This document shows, in pieces, positions 1-12,824 of a stretch of 64,000 nucleotides of DNA; position 1 is the stretch's first letter; each line of letters begins with the position of its first letter. Both the position numbers and the translations under genes were made by a program. The stretch is from Clostridia bacterium (GTDB lineage: Bacteria > Bacillota > Clostridia > Oscillospirales > UBA644): positions 7,493 to 71,492 of the forward strand of contig JAGAOU010000037.1 in assembly GCA_017623595.1 (NCBI GenBank), given 5' to 3'. The notes under the pieces were generated by a model. That model was not told the DNA's origin. It worked only from the letters and a program-made list of their open reading frames with translations, and did no database searches.

Positions 1-752
1 TCTTCAATGGCTACAGCGGCGCCGTCTTCCGTGACAGATGCGGTGATGCGGTCGGCGTATTGCTTGATCTCATCCCGAGCTTGTCCCATCACAACGCCGA
101 TGCCTGCGGCGCAAAGCATGTCCAGATCATTTTCGCTGTCTCCGATAGCCACGCTGCGGCACATATCCAGCCCGTGATGCTTCATGATAATTTCCATCCC
201 CGTGGCCTTGGAGCATCCCTTGGGGCAACATTCGGTATAGTGCTCCGTAGGGTGATAAATAACGTGAAAATCCTGCTCCAGCGCAGGCAGAATGCAGGGA
301 TCAATGTCGTTGCAGATGCTCGCTTTTACTACGGTGTCCGTGGTCAGATATTCATGAAAATCCTCCACCGAATCGCTGAGAACCCATTCCTTCCAGGGTC
401 TCCAATAGGAGTTACGGTAACGAAAAATGCGCTTTTCTCCTTCAATGACAAATCCCGGATCCTCAGGCTTTGTCAGCTGCTTCATCCAGCGGATCAGCGC
501 CTCGGTGGGGTACTCTGCTTGATACAGGACCTTGCCATTTTGCAGTACAAGAGCTCCGCATCCGCAGACGTAGCCGTCCACGGGGAGGGTTCGAAGCGTG
601 TTATCGAAAAAGGAAGGCGCCCGTCCTGTGTTGATGTAAACGAAATGGCCCTTTTGGCGGGCGAGTTTCATGGCGGAGAGTACGCGGGGGCTTATGGTGT
701 TTTTGTATAAAATCGTATCGTCAATATCAAGGAAAAAAACGTAAGGGGTCAT
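1..752 (-). CDS. Cof-type HAD hydrolase (3' end beyond window)
   Basis: Read by hand on the minus strand: starts MTPYVFFLDIDDTILY (motif I) and contains VAIGDSENDLDML...VMG...ASVTEDGAA (motif IV). The ATG overlaps the upstream gene's TGA (ATGA, 749-752). Confidence 0.85.
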   Translation of the reverse strand, partial: MTPYVFFLDIDDTILYKNTISPRVLSAMKLARQKGHFVYINTGRAPSFFDNTLRTLPVDGYVCGCGALVLQNGKVLYQAEYPTEALIRWMKQLTKPEDPGFVIEGEKRIFRYRNSYWRPWKEWVLSDSVEDFHEYLTTDTVVKASICNDIDPCILPALEQDFHVIYHPTEHYTECCPKGCSKATGMEIIMKHHGLDMCRSVAIGDSENDLDMLCAAGIGVVMGQARDEIKQYADRITASVTEDGAAVAIE

Positions 753-1516
753 TTCAGAAATTCCTCCAGAAAGACCGCCACGCCGTCCTCCTCCACCGAT
801 GCCGTTACATAGGTTGCCCGCCGCTTTACCTCGTCGGAGGCATTCCCCATCGCCACCGAAATCGGTGCCGCATCCAGCATGGCAAAGTCATTGCTGCTGT
901 CCCCTATGGCGATGACTTTTTCGGGATCCAAATCCAGATATTCCACCGCCTTGTTCATGACATATGCCTTGTCATGTCCTTTGGAAACAATTTCCGTGCA
1001 GGTGGTGTCGTCCCGCTCGATGGGGTCCGCAAACTGTCGGACAAAGTCCAGATCCTCCTGCTCCAAATTGATCAGCACATTCATTTTTGTGATGGGCTCC
1101 AGCTCGCAGATGCGGAAGATATCGTTGATATCATTCAGGGGGATCATTCCCTGAGATTCGGTTACACCTTCCTTGTCGTAGGCCGCCCACATGGCGTTTT
1201 CGCCTTCCAGCAAAACGATAATATCCCGTCCGTAGAAATGAGCAACAATGGGCTGAAGCTCGTCGGCGGTCAAACGGTCTGCCATGAGGATTTTGCCCCT
1301 TACGTTGATGTAGGAGCATCCGCACAGATACCCGTCAAAACGGAATCCGCGGAAGGCATCAATGTCCAGAAAGGCAACGGTGCGCCCTGTGTTGAGAAAA
1401 ATTTTATGTCCCTTTTTTTGAGCGTTTTCCAATGCATCCACAACCCGTTGAGACATTTTTTTTGCGCCGGGCGCTTTCAATGTGCCGTCAAAATCAAGAA
1501 AAACCGAATAGGGCAT
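749..1516 (-). CDS. Cof-type HAD hydrolase (subfamily IIB)
   Basis: FLDFDGTL, NTGR, KGHDKA, AIGDSSNDFAML, VAMGNA motifs. Confidence 0.9.
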   Translation of the reverse strand: MPYSVFLDFDGTLKAPGAKKMSQRVVDALENAQKKGHKIFLNTGRTVAFLDIDAFRGFRFDGYLCGCSYINVRGKILMADRLTADELQPIVAHFYGRDIIVLLEGENAMWAAYDKEGVTESQGMIPLNDINDIFRICELEPITKMNVLINLEQEDLDFVRQFADPIERDDTTCTEIVSKGHDKAYVMNKAVEYLDLDPEKVIAIGDSSNDFAMLDAAPISVAMGNASDEVKRRATYVTASVEEDGVAVFLEEFLK

Positions 1517-1530
1517 GATTATGTTACCTC

Positions 1531-2892
1531 TTATATTTTATTCAAAACGTCTTTGATGGAATAGGCAGGAATAATCTCCTGAGGAAAACTACCCTTGGGT
1601 TTGTTCCGTGCAGGGATAATACATCGGGTGAATCCCAAGGACGCAGCTTCGTGGAGCCTTTTTTCAATGCCAGACACAGCCCGAAGTTCCCCCGCAAGAC
1701 CGATTTCGCCGATGAACATGGTCTTTTCGGGGAGGACAAAGTCTTTCACCGCCGACACCATAGCCACCGCTACCCCCAGATCCGCCGCAGGCTCGTCCAG
1801 ACGCAGACCTCCGATGACATTGACGTATACATCCGATGCTCCGAAAAACAGACCACACCGACGCTCCAGCACCGCCAAAATCAGATTCAATCGCTGATAA
1901 TCAAAGCCTACCGCCGTTCTTCTGGGAGAGGGGAAGGGCGTTTTTGAAACAAGGGTTTGCACCTCGGCAATGATGGGACGGGTACCCTCCATAACGCATA
2001 GGGTTGCAATACCGGATACGTTTTCGGGCTTGTCCAGAAGAAACATCTCCGAGGGGTTGATGATCTCCCGAAGTCCGCTTTCGGTCATTTCAAACACACC
2101 GATCTCATTGGTGGAACCAAAGCGGTTTTTGATGGCACGCAGAATACGGTGATCGGAGGAACGCTCTCCTTCAAAATAAAGCACTGCATCCACCATGTGC
2201 TCCATCACCTTCGGTCCCGCAATGGCTCCTTCCTTATTTACATGGCTGACCACAAAGGTAGGGATTTCGTTGGCCTTTGCAAGACGCATCAATTCCGACG
2301 TGCATTCCCGTACCTGAGGCACGGAGCCGGGGGCGGAGGTCATGTCCTGACGGTACATGGTCTGAATGGAATCTACCACCAGAAGATCGGGAGCAACCTC
2401 TTCGGTGCGCTCCACCACGGCGGCGATGTCGGTTTCGGGCAGAATAAACAGATTCTCGGGATATTCGCCCACCCGATCGGCCCGCAGCTTGATCTGACGG
2501 GGAGATTCTTCCCCTGAGACGTAAAGGATGCGAAGATCCTTCATTTTCATGCACATCTGCAGCAGGATGGTGGATTTACCGATGCCAGGCTCACCGCTGA
2601 CCAAAATCAGGGATCCCTTGACAATCCCGCCACCCAGTACACGATCCAGTTCGGAGATGCCCGTGGATTGACGAATTTCACTCTCGGCGGAGATCTCCCG
2701 AAGCCGCTTGGGCTGTGTCCTCTTCAACGGGTCGGCAACCATGGCGGGAAGGGGCTTTTCGGGCTGCACCACTTCTTCAAAGAAGGAATTCCACGCACCG
2801 CAGGCGGGACATTGTCCCGCCCATTTCGGATTTTCGTTTCCGCATTGAGAGCAAATGTATACGGTCTTTGTTTTAGAGGTTGTTTTTGCCAT
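1531..2892 (-). CDS. radA: DNA repair protein RadA/Sms
   Basis: C4 zinc finger (CSQCG...CPACG), Walker A GEPGIGKS, KNRFG motif, Lon-like C-terminus. Confidence 0.97.
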   Translation of the reverse strand: MAKTTSKTKTVYICSQCGNENPKWAGQCPACGAWNSFFEEVVQPEKPLPAMVADPLKRTQPKRLREISAESEIRQSTGISELDRVLGGGIVKGSLILVSGEPGIGKSTILLQMCMKMKDLRILYVSGEESPRQIKLRADRVGEYPENLFILPETDIAAVVERTEEVAPDLLVVDSIQTMYRQDMTSAPGSVPQVRECTSELMRLAKANEIPTFVVSHVNKEGAIAGPKVMEHMVDAVLYFEGERSSDHRILRAIKNRFGSTNEIGVFEMTESGLREIINPSEMFLLDKPENVSGIATLCVMEGTRPIIAEVQTLVSKTPFPSPRRTAVGFDYQRLNLILAVLERRCGLFFGASDVYVNVIGGLRLDEPAADLGVAVAMVSAVKDFVLPEKTMFIGEIGLAGELRAVSGIEKRLHEAASLGFTRCIIPARNKPKGSFPQEIIPAYSIKDVLNKI

Positions 2893-3235
2893 ATGCTTCT
2901 TCCTGTTCTCGTTTCAGTTTCAGATATTCCTTAAGAATTGCATGGGTTTCTTCCTCGGACAAAGGCTCCTTCGGACCGTATCCGTAGGGACAGGGCATCA
3001 GCACCGAGGAGGCGAAAAGACGGCAGATCAGGGGGCGGTCTTCATAGACCGTGCATCCCTTTCCGTTCTTCAGCTTTGGACAGAGGGGACCGTCAAAGGC
3101 AAATCCCCCGCACCGCGCTTCTTCCTCGGGGGCGAATTGCACCCAGTTGTCGCAACAGCGGGTGCAGCCCTCTTTGCAGGGGAAGGTGGGAATCCTTTCG
3201 TAGAACTCTTGGATGGGTGTCTTTTTCATCATCAC
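2873..3235 (-). CDS. YkgJ-family cysteine-cluster (Zn/Fe-S) protein
   Basis: CKEGCTRCC...CPKL...CTVYEDRPLICRLF pattern. Confidence 0.8.
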   Translation of the reverse strand: MMMKKTPIQEFYERIPTFPCKEGCTRCCDNWVQFAPEEEARCGGFAFDGPLCPKLKNGKGCTVYEDRPLICRLFASSVLMPCPYGYGPKEPLSEEETHAILKEYLKLKREQEEAYGKNNL

Positions 3236-3855
3236 AGATTGGCCAGCTTAATGCCGTTCATGTACATGTTGAACAGCGCAAAATTGTGCATCAGATCCCC
3301 GTTGTGAATATCATCGTGATAGGTCTGCACCGCATTTTCGATGACGATGATCCGATTGTTGTTATTGTTTTCGTTCCAGTAGGCCCGTTGAGCGAGGGCA
3401 AACTGCAGAACGCTGGTGTCGGTGCAGGCACCGACGATAATAATATTCTCGATTTCCTTGTGCTTTGCAAGCCATGCCAAATATTGCTTGCAGAAAAAAC
3501 CGTTGGTGGAGTTTTTCGGAATGATTTCGCCCACCTCGGCAAAGGATTCCAGTTCGCTGATCACTTCCTGCTCATACTTGTCTACACAATGGGCGGGATA
3601 GGTTTCAAATTCCTCCGATTGGGGGGTGTGGGTGTCGGTAAAGAAGAGCTTGGGACTGTCGAGATAGTATTCGTTGACTCGTACCAACTGGGGTATGATG
3701 GCATTCAGTCTGGAAGATGCCATTTTCCCCTTCTTGAAGTACCCGTTGACCGTGTCCATGTTGACGATCACCGTGGTCTCGGGGTCGGTAATATAGGTAC
3801 GGATCGATACAGTGACCTCCCGCACGGTTTTTTCGTATTGGGGTGTGAAAAACAT
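3232..3855 (-). CDS. Isochorismatase/nicotinamidase-family hydrolase with Cys->Ser at the nucleophile position
   Basis: DTVNGY, DTH, EFETYPAHC, KNSTNGF, GACTDTSV motifs. Confidence 0.8.
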   Translation of the reverse strand: MFFTPQYEKTVREVTVSIRTYITDPETTVIVNMDTVNGYFKKGKMASSRLNAIIPQLVRVNEYYLDSPKLFFTDTHTPQSEEFETYPAHCVDKYEQEVISELESFAEVGEIIPKNSTNGFFCKQYLAWLAKHKEIENIIIVGACTDTSVLQFALAQRAYWNENNNNNRIIVIENAVQTYHDDIHNGDLMHNFALFNMYMNGIKLANL

Positions 3856-3857
3856 GA

Positions 3858-4499
3858 TCAGTTTCCTTTCAATGCGGCGATGGCTCCGTTGCGGTCTGCG
3901 GCGCCGAAGACCGAAGACCCTGCCACCAGTATGTCCGCTCCCGCCGCAATGGCACGGGGTGCGTTTTCGGCGGTGATGCCTCCGTCCACTTCAATGTGAG
4001 TGTCCAGACCGAGGCGGGTGATTTCCTCCCGTAGGGCTTTGACCTTGTCGAAGCATTCTTCCTTGCACTTCTGTCCGCCGAAGCCGGGCTGTACCGTCAT
4101 GACCAGCACCATGTAAAGGTCCTTCAGGCGGGGCAAAACTTCTTCCGGCCCCGTGGCGGGATTGATGACCAGTCCGGGCTTTTTGCCGCAGGCCTTGATC
4201 TTGGCAATGCATTCATCGATGTCGCAATCGCTTTCCACGTGGAAGGTGATAATCTCTGCCCCCGCTTTAGCAAAGGCTTCAACATAATTCTGAGGATGGG
4301 TGATCATCAGATGGACGTCCATGGGAATGTCCGCAATGCGGCCGATGGCGGTTGTCAGAGGCAGGCCGAAGGCAATGTTGGGAACAAAAATCCCGTCCAT
4401 GACATCAACGTGGAGATAATCCGCGTCGGAAATGCTGTTCAACTCGTTTTTTAAGTCTGCCAGGTCGGCAGCCAGCAGGGAAGGTGCAATTTTTATCAT
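3858..4499 (-). CDS. rpe: Ribulose-phosphate 3-epimerase
   Basis: IAPSLL, HVDVMDG, DVHLM, MTVQPGFGGQ, EVDGGI; start moved to MIKIAP. Confidence 0.96.
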   Translation of the reverse strand: MIKIAPSLLAADLADLKNELNSISDADYLHVDVMDGIFVPNIAFGLPLTTAIGRIADIPMDVHLMITHPQNYVEAFAKAGAEIITFHVESDCDIDECIAKIKACGKKPGLVINPATGPEEVLPRLKDLYMVLVMTVQPGFGGQKCKEECFDKVKALREEITRLGLDTHIEVDGGITAENAPRAIAAGADILVAGSSVFGAADRNGAIAALKGN

Positions 4500-4569
4500 A
4501 CGTAACGGTTCCTTTCGTGTCATATATGTAAATAATACTATGATATTATTAAAAAACGGGAACGAAATC

Positions 4570-4598
4570 TTGACAAATTTTTGCACAAATGGTATAAT
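4570..4598 (+). promoter_or_regulatory. sigma-A promoter
   Basis: TTGACA-17 bp-TATAAT with extended -10 TG. Confidence 0.85.
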
Positions 4599-4630
4599 AG
4601 TAAAAAAGAGTATTCCCCGAGGTGTTTTTT

Positions 4631-5053
4631 ATGAAAAATCGTACCTGGATTTGTCTTCTCTGCGGCCTTGGTTCGTGGGGTCTGTTTCTTCTGTCGATGT
4701 TGACAATGAATCTTTCTTCCCGTTGGATTGCCTACGGGCTGGCGACGCTTTGGATTGCCTCCTCCCTTGCGGGAGTGGTTTTGGCTTCGGTCTTTCGATT
4801 CCGCGTGGGAATCCGCAAGGACGGATATCTGCGCTGGGGGATGATTGCCTCTGCGCTTATGTTGGCAATTCAGGTTTTTGTATTGCTTCTGTCCTATTTT
4901 CAGCAGAACTTCGAATGGGAGTCCTCCACCGTGGGAGGGGCTTCCTTCGGAGCATCGGTTGCTGTTATGATCGTTTCTGCCGTTGTTTATCGCTTTCTTG
5001 CCCGCAAGGGACAGGCTCGGATCGAGTCGCTTCCCCGTGAAGAAAAGGATTGA
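4631..5053 (+). CDS. Hypothetical membrane protein (~4 TM)
   Basis: Four hydrophobic segments; GAGG RBS; directly downstream of a consensus promoter. Confidence 0.65.
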   Translation: MKNRTWICLLCGLGSWGLFLLSMLTMNLSSRWIAYGLATLWIASSLAGVVLASVFRFRVGIRKDGYLRWGMIASALMLAIQVFVLLLSYFQQNFEWESSTVGGASFGASVAVMIVSAVVYRFLARKGQARIESLPREEKD

Positions 5054-5071
5054 TTACAGGAGGATTTGAAT

Positions 5072-5743
5072 ATGGCAAAAACCTTTGGTGTGATTCTTCC
5101 CGCCGCAGGATCGGGTGTCCGCTTCGGCGAGGATAAGCTTATGTTTGACCTTCTGGGTAAGCCCGTTTTGTGGCATACCCTTTGGGCTTTTCAACGTGCT
5201 TCCACCGTGAGCCGCATTGTCATCCCCACCCGACGGGAAAGTCTTTGCTTTGTTCGGGAACTGACGGAGGAATTTTCCAAGGTCACTGCAGTTGTTGAGG
5301 GGGGGAAAACCCGGGGCGAATCGGTAAAGAAGGGATTTGTTGCTTTGGGAGATGTGGATTATGTTTCGATTCATGACGGCGCCCGTCCGTTGATTCTTCC
5401 CGAAGAGATTGACCGTATCCACCGTAATGCTCTGAAGTACGGAGCGGTTTGTGCCGCCTTTCCCGTGCACGATACCATTCAGCAGGTGGATTCCGACGGT
5501 TTTGTTGTTGCCACCCCCGATCGGTCGGCTCTCATGGCCGCCGCCACCCCCCAGGTCTTTTCTGCGGATCTCTATCGCCGCGCCTGTGTTTTGACAGGGG
5601 ACTACACCGACGATGCGGGCATGGTCGCCGCCGCCGGCGGCAGAGTGAAAATGATTCCCTGTCAGTGTGAAAATTTCAAAATTACCACCAAGGAAGATGC
5701 CCTCCGCGCCCAACAGGTTCTCCTGCGTCGACAAGGAAATTGA
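5072..5743 (+). CDS. ispD: 2-C-methyl-D-erythritol 4-phosphate cytidylyltransferase
   Basis: PAAGSGVRFG, GGKTRGESV, IHDGARP, TPQVF, TDDA, NFKITT. Confidence 0.92.
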   Translation: MAKTFGVILPAAGSGVRFGEDKLMFDLLGKPVLWHTLWAFQRASTVSRIVIPTRRESLCFVRELTEEFSKVTAVVEGGKTRGESVKKGFVALGDVDYVSIHDGARPLILPEEIDRIHRNALKYGAVCAAFPVHDTIQQVDSDGFVVATPDRSALMAAATPQVFSADLYRRACVLTGDYTDDAGMVAAAGGRVKMIPCQCENFKITTKEDALRAQQVLLRRQGN

Positions 5744-5768
5744 AATGAATCTGCAAAACTGCAGATAG

Positions 5769-8780
<3,012 letters not shown>

Positions 8781-8785
8781 AATGC

Positions 8786-8831
8786 ATCTCGGCATGTGAG
8801 TTTGTTTTTTGCTCGCATGTCGAGATTTTTT
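8786..8831 (+). terminator. Rho-independent terminator
   Basis: ATCTCGGCATGTGAG / CTCGCATGTCGAGAT stem followed by a T run. Confidence 0.7.
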
Positions 8832-9000
8832 CGGATAAAACCTACTTTTTTGTGGGTCGGTTTTGGGATTTTTGGTTTATTTTCCGCCATAAGATTTCTA
8901 CTTTGGTGAAAAAAGCAGAAAAAGGCACCGATTTGGCATAAAAAAGACAAAAGTGTGTGATATAATTTCCGAGAATCCAAACAAGGAGGGCAGAGGCGGA

Positions 9001-10365
9001 ATGATGTTTTCACGGAAGGATCTGATCAAGATCACGGTGCCGCTGATGATTCAGCAGGTTTTGGCGGTTCTTGTCAGCATGGTAGACTCCATGATGGTTT
9101 CCTCGGTGGGGGAAGCTGCTATTTCGGGTGTTTCGCTGATCGGCTCTTTGGATATGGTGCTGATTATTCTCTTCTCTTCTATGGTCACCGGGGGTGCGGT
9201 GGTGGTTTCTCAGGCCCTCGGACAAGGGGATAAGGAGCTTGTGCGGGATTCCGCAAAGCAATTGATTTATGTGGCAACGGGAGTTGCTCTGGCTGTGTCG
9301 GTTGTGGTCCTAACCTTCCGCGGACCTCTGCTTCACCTTCTCTTCGGAGATGCGGAAGCCGCCGTGATGCAGAACGCCATGGATTATTTTTTATTCATGG
9401 CCATGTCCTTTCCCTTTCTTGCTGTTGAAAATGCGGGGGCGGCGTTGTTCCGTTCCATGGGGGACAGTATGACCTCCATGCTGATTTCTGTCGGAATGAA
9501 TCTGATGAACGTGGCAGGCAACGCCCTTTTGATCTACGGATGCGACATGGGGGCTTCGGGGGCTGCGATTTCCACCCTGTTTGCCCGTGTTGTCGGTGCT
9601 GTGGTTGCTCTTGTTCTTCTTCACAATAAGAAAAATCCCATCTATTTGGAAAGAATTTTGCACTATCGCCCTGATTTTCGGATCATTCGGCGGATTCTTC
9701 GGATCGGTATTCCCAGCGGCATCGAAAACAGTATGTTTCAGTTCGGAAAACTGATGACCCAGAGTTTGATTTCCTCCATGGGGACGGTCTCTATTGCCGC
9801 CAATGCGGTGGCGTTGAATCTGGTGAATTTTCAGTATATGCCGGGCAATGCCATCGGTCTTGCCATCGTGACGGTGGTGGGCCGTTGCATCGGTGCGGGA
9901 GAACGGGTGCAGGCGAAGAAATATGCCCGCGGCTTTCTGTTGACCACTTATTGCTGTCTTTGGGCGATCAACCTTGCCACGCTGTTGCTGGCCGATCCGC
10001 TGATTTCTCTCTATCAGCCCTCGGAGGAGACGGCAAGGCTGGTGAAATTCCTTCTTCTGTTTCATGCGGGTGTGACCGGCGTGATCTGGCCTATTGCCTT
10101 CACCACACCTCATGCCTTTCGTGCTGCAAGCGATGTGAAGTTCCCTTTGGTGGTGTCCATTGTTTCCATGTGGGTCTTCCGCGTGGCGTTCGGTTACGTT
10201 CTCTCTATGGAAACCATTGATCTGTTCGGATTTTCCTTTCCCGGCTTCGGATTGGGAATTTCGGGGGTCTGGATTGCCATGTTTTCTGACTGGATCTTTC
10301 GGGCGATTCTTTTCGGAATACGGTTTTTCAGCGGGAAATGGCTCACCAAATATAAGAAAGAATAA
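9001..10365 (+). CDS. MATE family efflux transporter
   Basis: PLMIQQ...VDSMMV, RSMGDS, GIPSGIE; ~12 TM with two-fold repeat. Confidence 0.9.
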   Translation: MMFSRKDLIKITVPLMIQQVLAVLVSMVDSMMVSSVGEAAISGVSLIGSLDMVLIILFSSMVTGGAVVVSQALGQGDKELVRDSAKQLIYVATGVALAVSVVVLTFRGPLLHLLFGDAEAAVMQNAMDYFLFMAMSFPFLAVENAGAALFRSMGDSMTSMLISVGMNLMNVAGNALLIYGCDMGASGAAISTLFARVVGAVVALVLLHNKKNPIYLERILHYRPDFRIIRRILRIGIPSGIENSMFQFGKLMTQSLISSMGTVSIAANAVALNLVNFQYMPGNAIGLAIVTVVGRCIGAGERVQAKKYARGFLLTTYCCLWAINLATLLLADPLISLYQPSEETARLVKFLLLFHAGVTGVIWPIAFTTPHAFRAASDVKFPLVVSIVSMWVFRVAFGYVLSMETIDLFGFSFPGFGLGISGVWIAMFSDWIFRAILFGIRFFSGKWLTKYKKE

Positions 10366-10380
10366 AAGAAGAAAAGTCAA

Positions 10381-10414
10381 CTGCCGACGGACGCAATCCG
10401 CCGGCAGATTTTTT
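10381..10414 (+). terminator. Rho-independent terminator
   Basis: CTGCCGACGGA-CGCAA-TCCGCCGGCAG followed by a T run, between convergent genes. Confidence 0.7.
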
Positions 10415-10449
10415 ATATAACAAGTGTATGCCTCGGATTTCGGGAAATC

Positions 10450-11433
10450 CTATGAGCCATGCGTTTCACAAGTCTTTCCCATTAGTCGAAGGCGGATTTC
10501 ACAATCCAGACGGCGCAGTTCTTCTTCCGCCTCTGCCCGTGTCCGTCGCCCCTCTTCCCGTAATTTCAGCATTTCGTCCAGTGTCTCAATAAGAATGGTA
10601 TTGGTCTGACGCAAGATACCCGGATCAATGGTTCTCCGCTCGGATTCCCTTGCCACGGCAAGGGTGGTGTCCTTCAGCTTTTGTGCGTTTTGCAGCAGAA
10701 GGGCATTGGTGATATCTGCTACTTTTTCCTGCAATGTAACGGCAGCACGGGAGTTTTCCATTCCGAGGGTCAACACCATCTGACTCTTCCACAGAGGAAT
10801 GGTGTTGACTACGGAGGATTGAATTTTCTCTGCAAGAACCGTGTTGTTGTTCTGTAGAAGCCGTATTTGGGGGCCCATCTGCAGAGAAACTGCCCGCGTC
10901 AGCTCCAGATCGTGGAGCTTTTTCTCAAAACGTTCGCATTGCTCCATCGCATCCCGTGCCGCCTGTACATCTGCGGGAGATCCTGTTTCCTCTGCTTCTT
11001 TCTGTTTTGGGAGTGCCGTTTGGTTTCGATACTGCTCCAACGCCGCCCGTCCATCCTCCAGATATTCCGTGAGGAGTTTGTATTGCTCCAGATTCATGGC
11101 ATAAAGAAGGTCCAGCATTTCAATGTCTTTCATCAGAAGATCTCGCTGTCCCTGCAAGGACAGTGCAATTCGATCTACCGCCGTGCAGGCCTTTTGATAT
11201 CGGATTTTCAATGCTTCTGTGGGCTTGTGAAACCAGCCTCGGGCCGATTTTTCCCCCGAGGTGTCCTTCAAATGTACGATCAGTTCGGAAATTTTTTCGC
11301 TGACCTCTCCCAGATCCTTCGCCTTCAGATTTTTTAGGGCAATTTCGGAGAATTCCGCCACGCGGGCCTGGGCCTCAGCTCCGTAATTGAGAATGGTATT
11401 TGCATCGCTGAAATCGGGCGGCATCTTAGGCAT
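10450..11433 (-). CDS. Toxic anion resistance protein (TelA/YaaN family)
   Basis: YGAEAQ, DLELTRAVSLQMGPQIRLLQNNN, TIPLWKSQM; coiled-coil. Confidence 0.9.
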   Translation of the reverse strand: MPKMPPDFSDANTILNYGAEAQARVAEFSEIALKNLKAKDLGEVSEKISELIVHLKDTSGEKSARGWFHKPTEALKIRYQKACTAVDRIALSLQGQRDLLMKDIEMLDLLYAMNLEQYKLLTEYLEDGRAALEQYRNQTALPKQKEAEETGSPADVQAARDAMEQCERFEKKLHDLELTRAVSLQMGPQIRLLQNNNTVLAEKIQSSVVNTIPLWKSQMVLTLGMENSRAAVTLQEKVADITNALLLQNAQKLKDTTLAVARESERRTIDPGILRQTNTILIETLDEMLKLREEGRRTRAEAEEELRRLDCEIRLRLMGKTCETHGS

Positions 11434-11995
11434 GATCTTCCCCTCCTCTGAGCTTTTTGGACAAAAGCGCTGTTTCCGCATGGATGTTCAGGGCGGTGGT
11501 GCGGTCGTTTCGGTCGCAGATTTTTCGAAAATTCTCCGCAATCTGCCCAAGAGAGGTCTCCATCTGCTCCATGGTGGCAAGAATGGAGGGATTTCCCGCG
11601 TTGCATTCTTCAAAGGTGGCGTAGGCGGAAAAATATTTGGAAAAGGTGGGCAGATAATAGTCTGTGATCTCCCGTCGGGCGGCAGTGCTCATGAATGGAA
11701 GGGTATTTTCGCATTGCTTCAGTTCTGTGAGAATTTCATGTCCCCGTCGGTATACGGTGCGGTTTTTGATTTTTTCCAGGGTTCTTCTTATCGCCCGCAG
11801 CTCCCGATGCCATTTTCCGGGGACGGTTGGTTCTTCTTTTGGGTATAAAAACAGTGCACAAAGTCCCGTCAGCCCCACCGCCAGCAGCCCCAATAACAGA
11901 ATTCTGAGCCAAGGAAGTCCCAGCAAAAGGGCTCCCAGGATTAAAACGGTGGGAAAAATCGGGACCGATCCTAAGGCGCGAAGTCGTTTTAACAT
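11426..11995 (-). CDS. XpaC-like membrane-anchored partner of TelA
   Basis: Two N-terminal TM segments, YYLPT motif; overlaps the telA start (usual pairing). Confidence 0.7.
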   Translation of the reverse strand: MLKRLRALGSVPIFPTVLILGALLLGLPWLRILLLGLLAVGLTGLCALFLYPKEEPTVPGKWHRELRAIRRTLEKIKNRTVYRRGHEILTELKQCENTLPFMSTAARREITDYYLPTFSKYFSAYATFEECNAGNPSILATMEQMETSLGQIAENFRKICDRNDRTTALNIHAETALLSKKLRGGEDHA

Positions 11996-12015
11996 GTTTT
12001 TTGCTCCCCTCTCCC

Positions 12016-12044
12016 TTGACAAACGGAAGATTTTGATGTATAAT
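12016..12044 (+). promoter_or_regulatory. sigma-A promoter for nrdR
   Basis: TTGACA-17 bp-TATAAT. Confidence 0.8.
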
Positions 12045-12103
12045 GTCAGTATAAATCATATGTTTCCCCCGTCTTATTATGACGGAGAAAAGGAGTATAT
12101 CTT

Positions 12104-12586
12104 ATGAAATGCCCCTACTGCGGATCTATGGAGAGCAAGGTTCTCGATTCCCGTCATGCCGACGACCGCATCAAGCGTCGTCGGGAGTGCGAAGGCTGCG
12201 GCAAGCGTTTTACCACTTATGAAGCGGTGGAACATTCCCCTCTGGTTGTGGTGAAGAAGGACAAATCCCGTGAAATTTTTGATCGGGAAAAGATTCTGTC
12301 CAGCATGCTGAAGGCCTGCGGCAAGCGTCCCATTGCCTACGCTGTTCTGGAGCAGGCTGCTGCCGATATTGAAAATACCCTGGTCAGCGATCTGGACAAG
12401 GAGGTTTCTACCTCCCGTATCGGTGAACTGGTTATGGATAAATTACGGGAGATTGATGACGTTGCCTATGTGCGCTACGCGTCGGTCTACCGTCAGTTCC
12501 AGGATACAGAGTCTTTTATGAGCGAGTTGAAAAACATCCTCAATAAGCGGGGGTATTCGGTTTCCGGAGGCGAGAAGAGCGAATGA
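12104..12586 (+). CDS. nrdR: Transcriptional repressor NrdR
   Basis: MKCPYCG...RRRECEGCGKRFTTYE, ATP cone, VAYVRYASVY. Confidence 0.97.
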   Translation: MKCPYCGSMESKVLDSRHADDRIKRRRECEGCGKRFTTYEAVEHSPLVVVKKDKSREIFDREKILSSMLKACGKRPIAYAVLEQAAADIENTLVSDLDKEVSTSRIGELVMDKLREIDDVAYVRYASVYRQFQDTESFMSELKNILNKRGYSVSGGEKSE

Positions 12587-12623
12587 TGGGGAAAGTTTGC
12601 GAAATAGTTTGCAATTTCTCATC

Positions 12624-12652
12624 TTGACATTCTTACGGTACTATGATATAAT
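12624..12652 (+). promoter_or_regulatory. sigma-A promoter of the pur operon
   Basis: TTGACA-17 bp-TATAAT with extended -10 TG. Confidence 0.85.
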
Positions 12653-12685
12653 ATATGCGGATGGTCGTCTTGACCGTTCGCTTTC

Positions 12686-12760
12686 GGTTCTTTGCGACTG
12701 ACGGAGAAGTGGATTTGACCACGTGAAACAAAGAGCCTGTATTGCCGACCGTCTGGGCAC
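12686..12760 (+). ncRNA. ZMP/ZTP (pfl) riboswitch aptamer
   Basis: P1 GGTTCTTTG/CAAAGAGCC, GACTGACGGA, P2 GTGG...CCAC, 3' GCCGACCGTCTGGGCA (CCGTC pairs with GACGG as pseudoknot); upstream of pur genes. Confidence 0.93.
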
Positions 12761-12790
12761 TCTTCCAACATAGGGAGCGTGCCCTTTTTT
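12755..12790 (+). terminator. Riboswitch expression-platform terminator
   Basis: GGGCAC...GTGCCC stem plus T run; 5' arm overlaps aptamer P3 (ON-switch architecture). Confidence 0.85.
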
Positions 12791-12824
12791 GTTTTCTGAA
12801 TTCTTGTTCGGAGGTAATTTTACG

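Noticed and set aside
60-710. 216-aa plus-strand ORF from the ORF track
   Set aside because: The real gene is the minus-strand Cof-HAD running off the window edge
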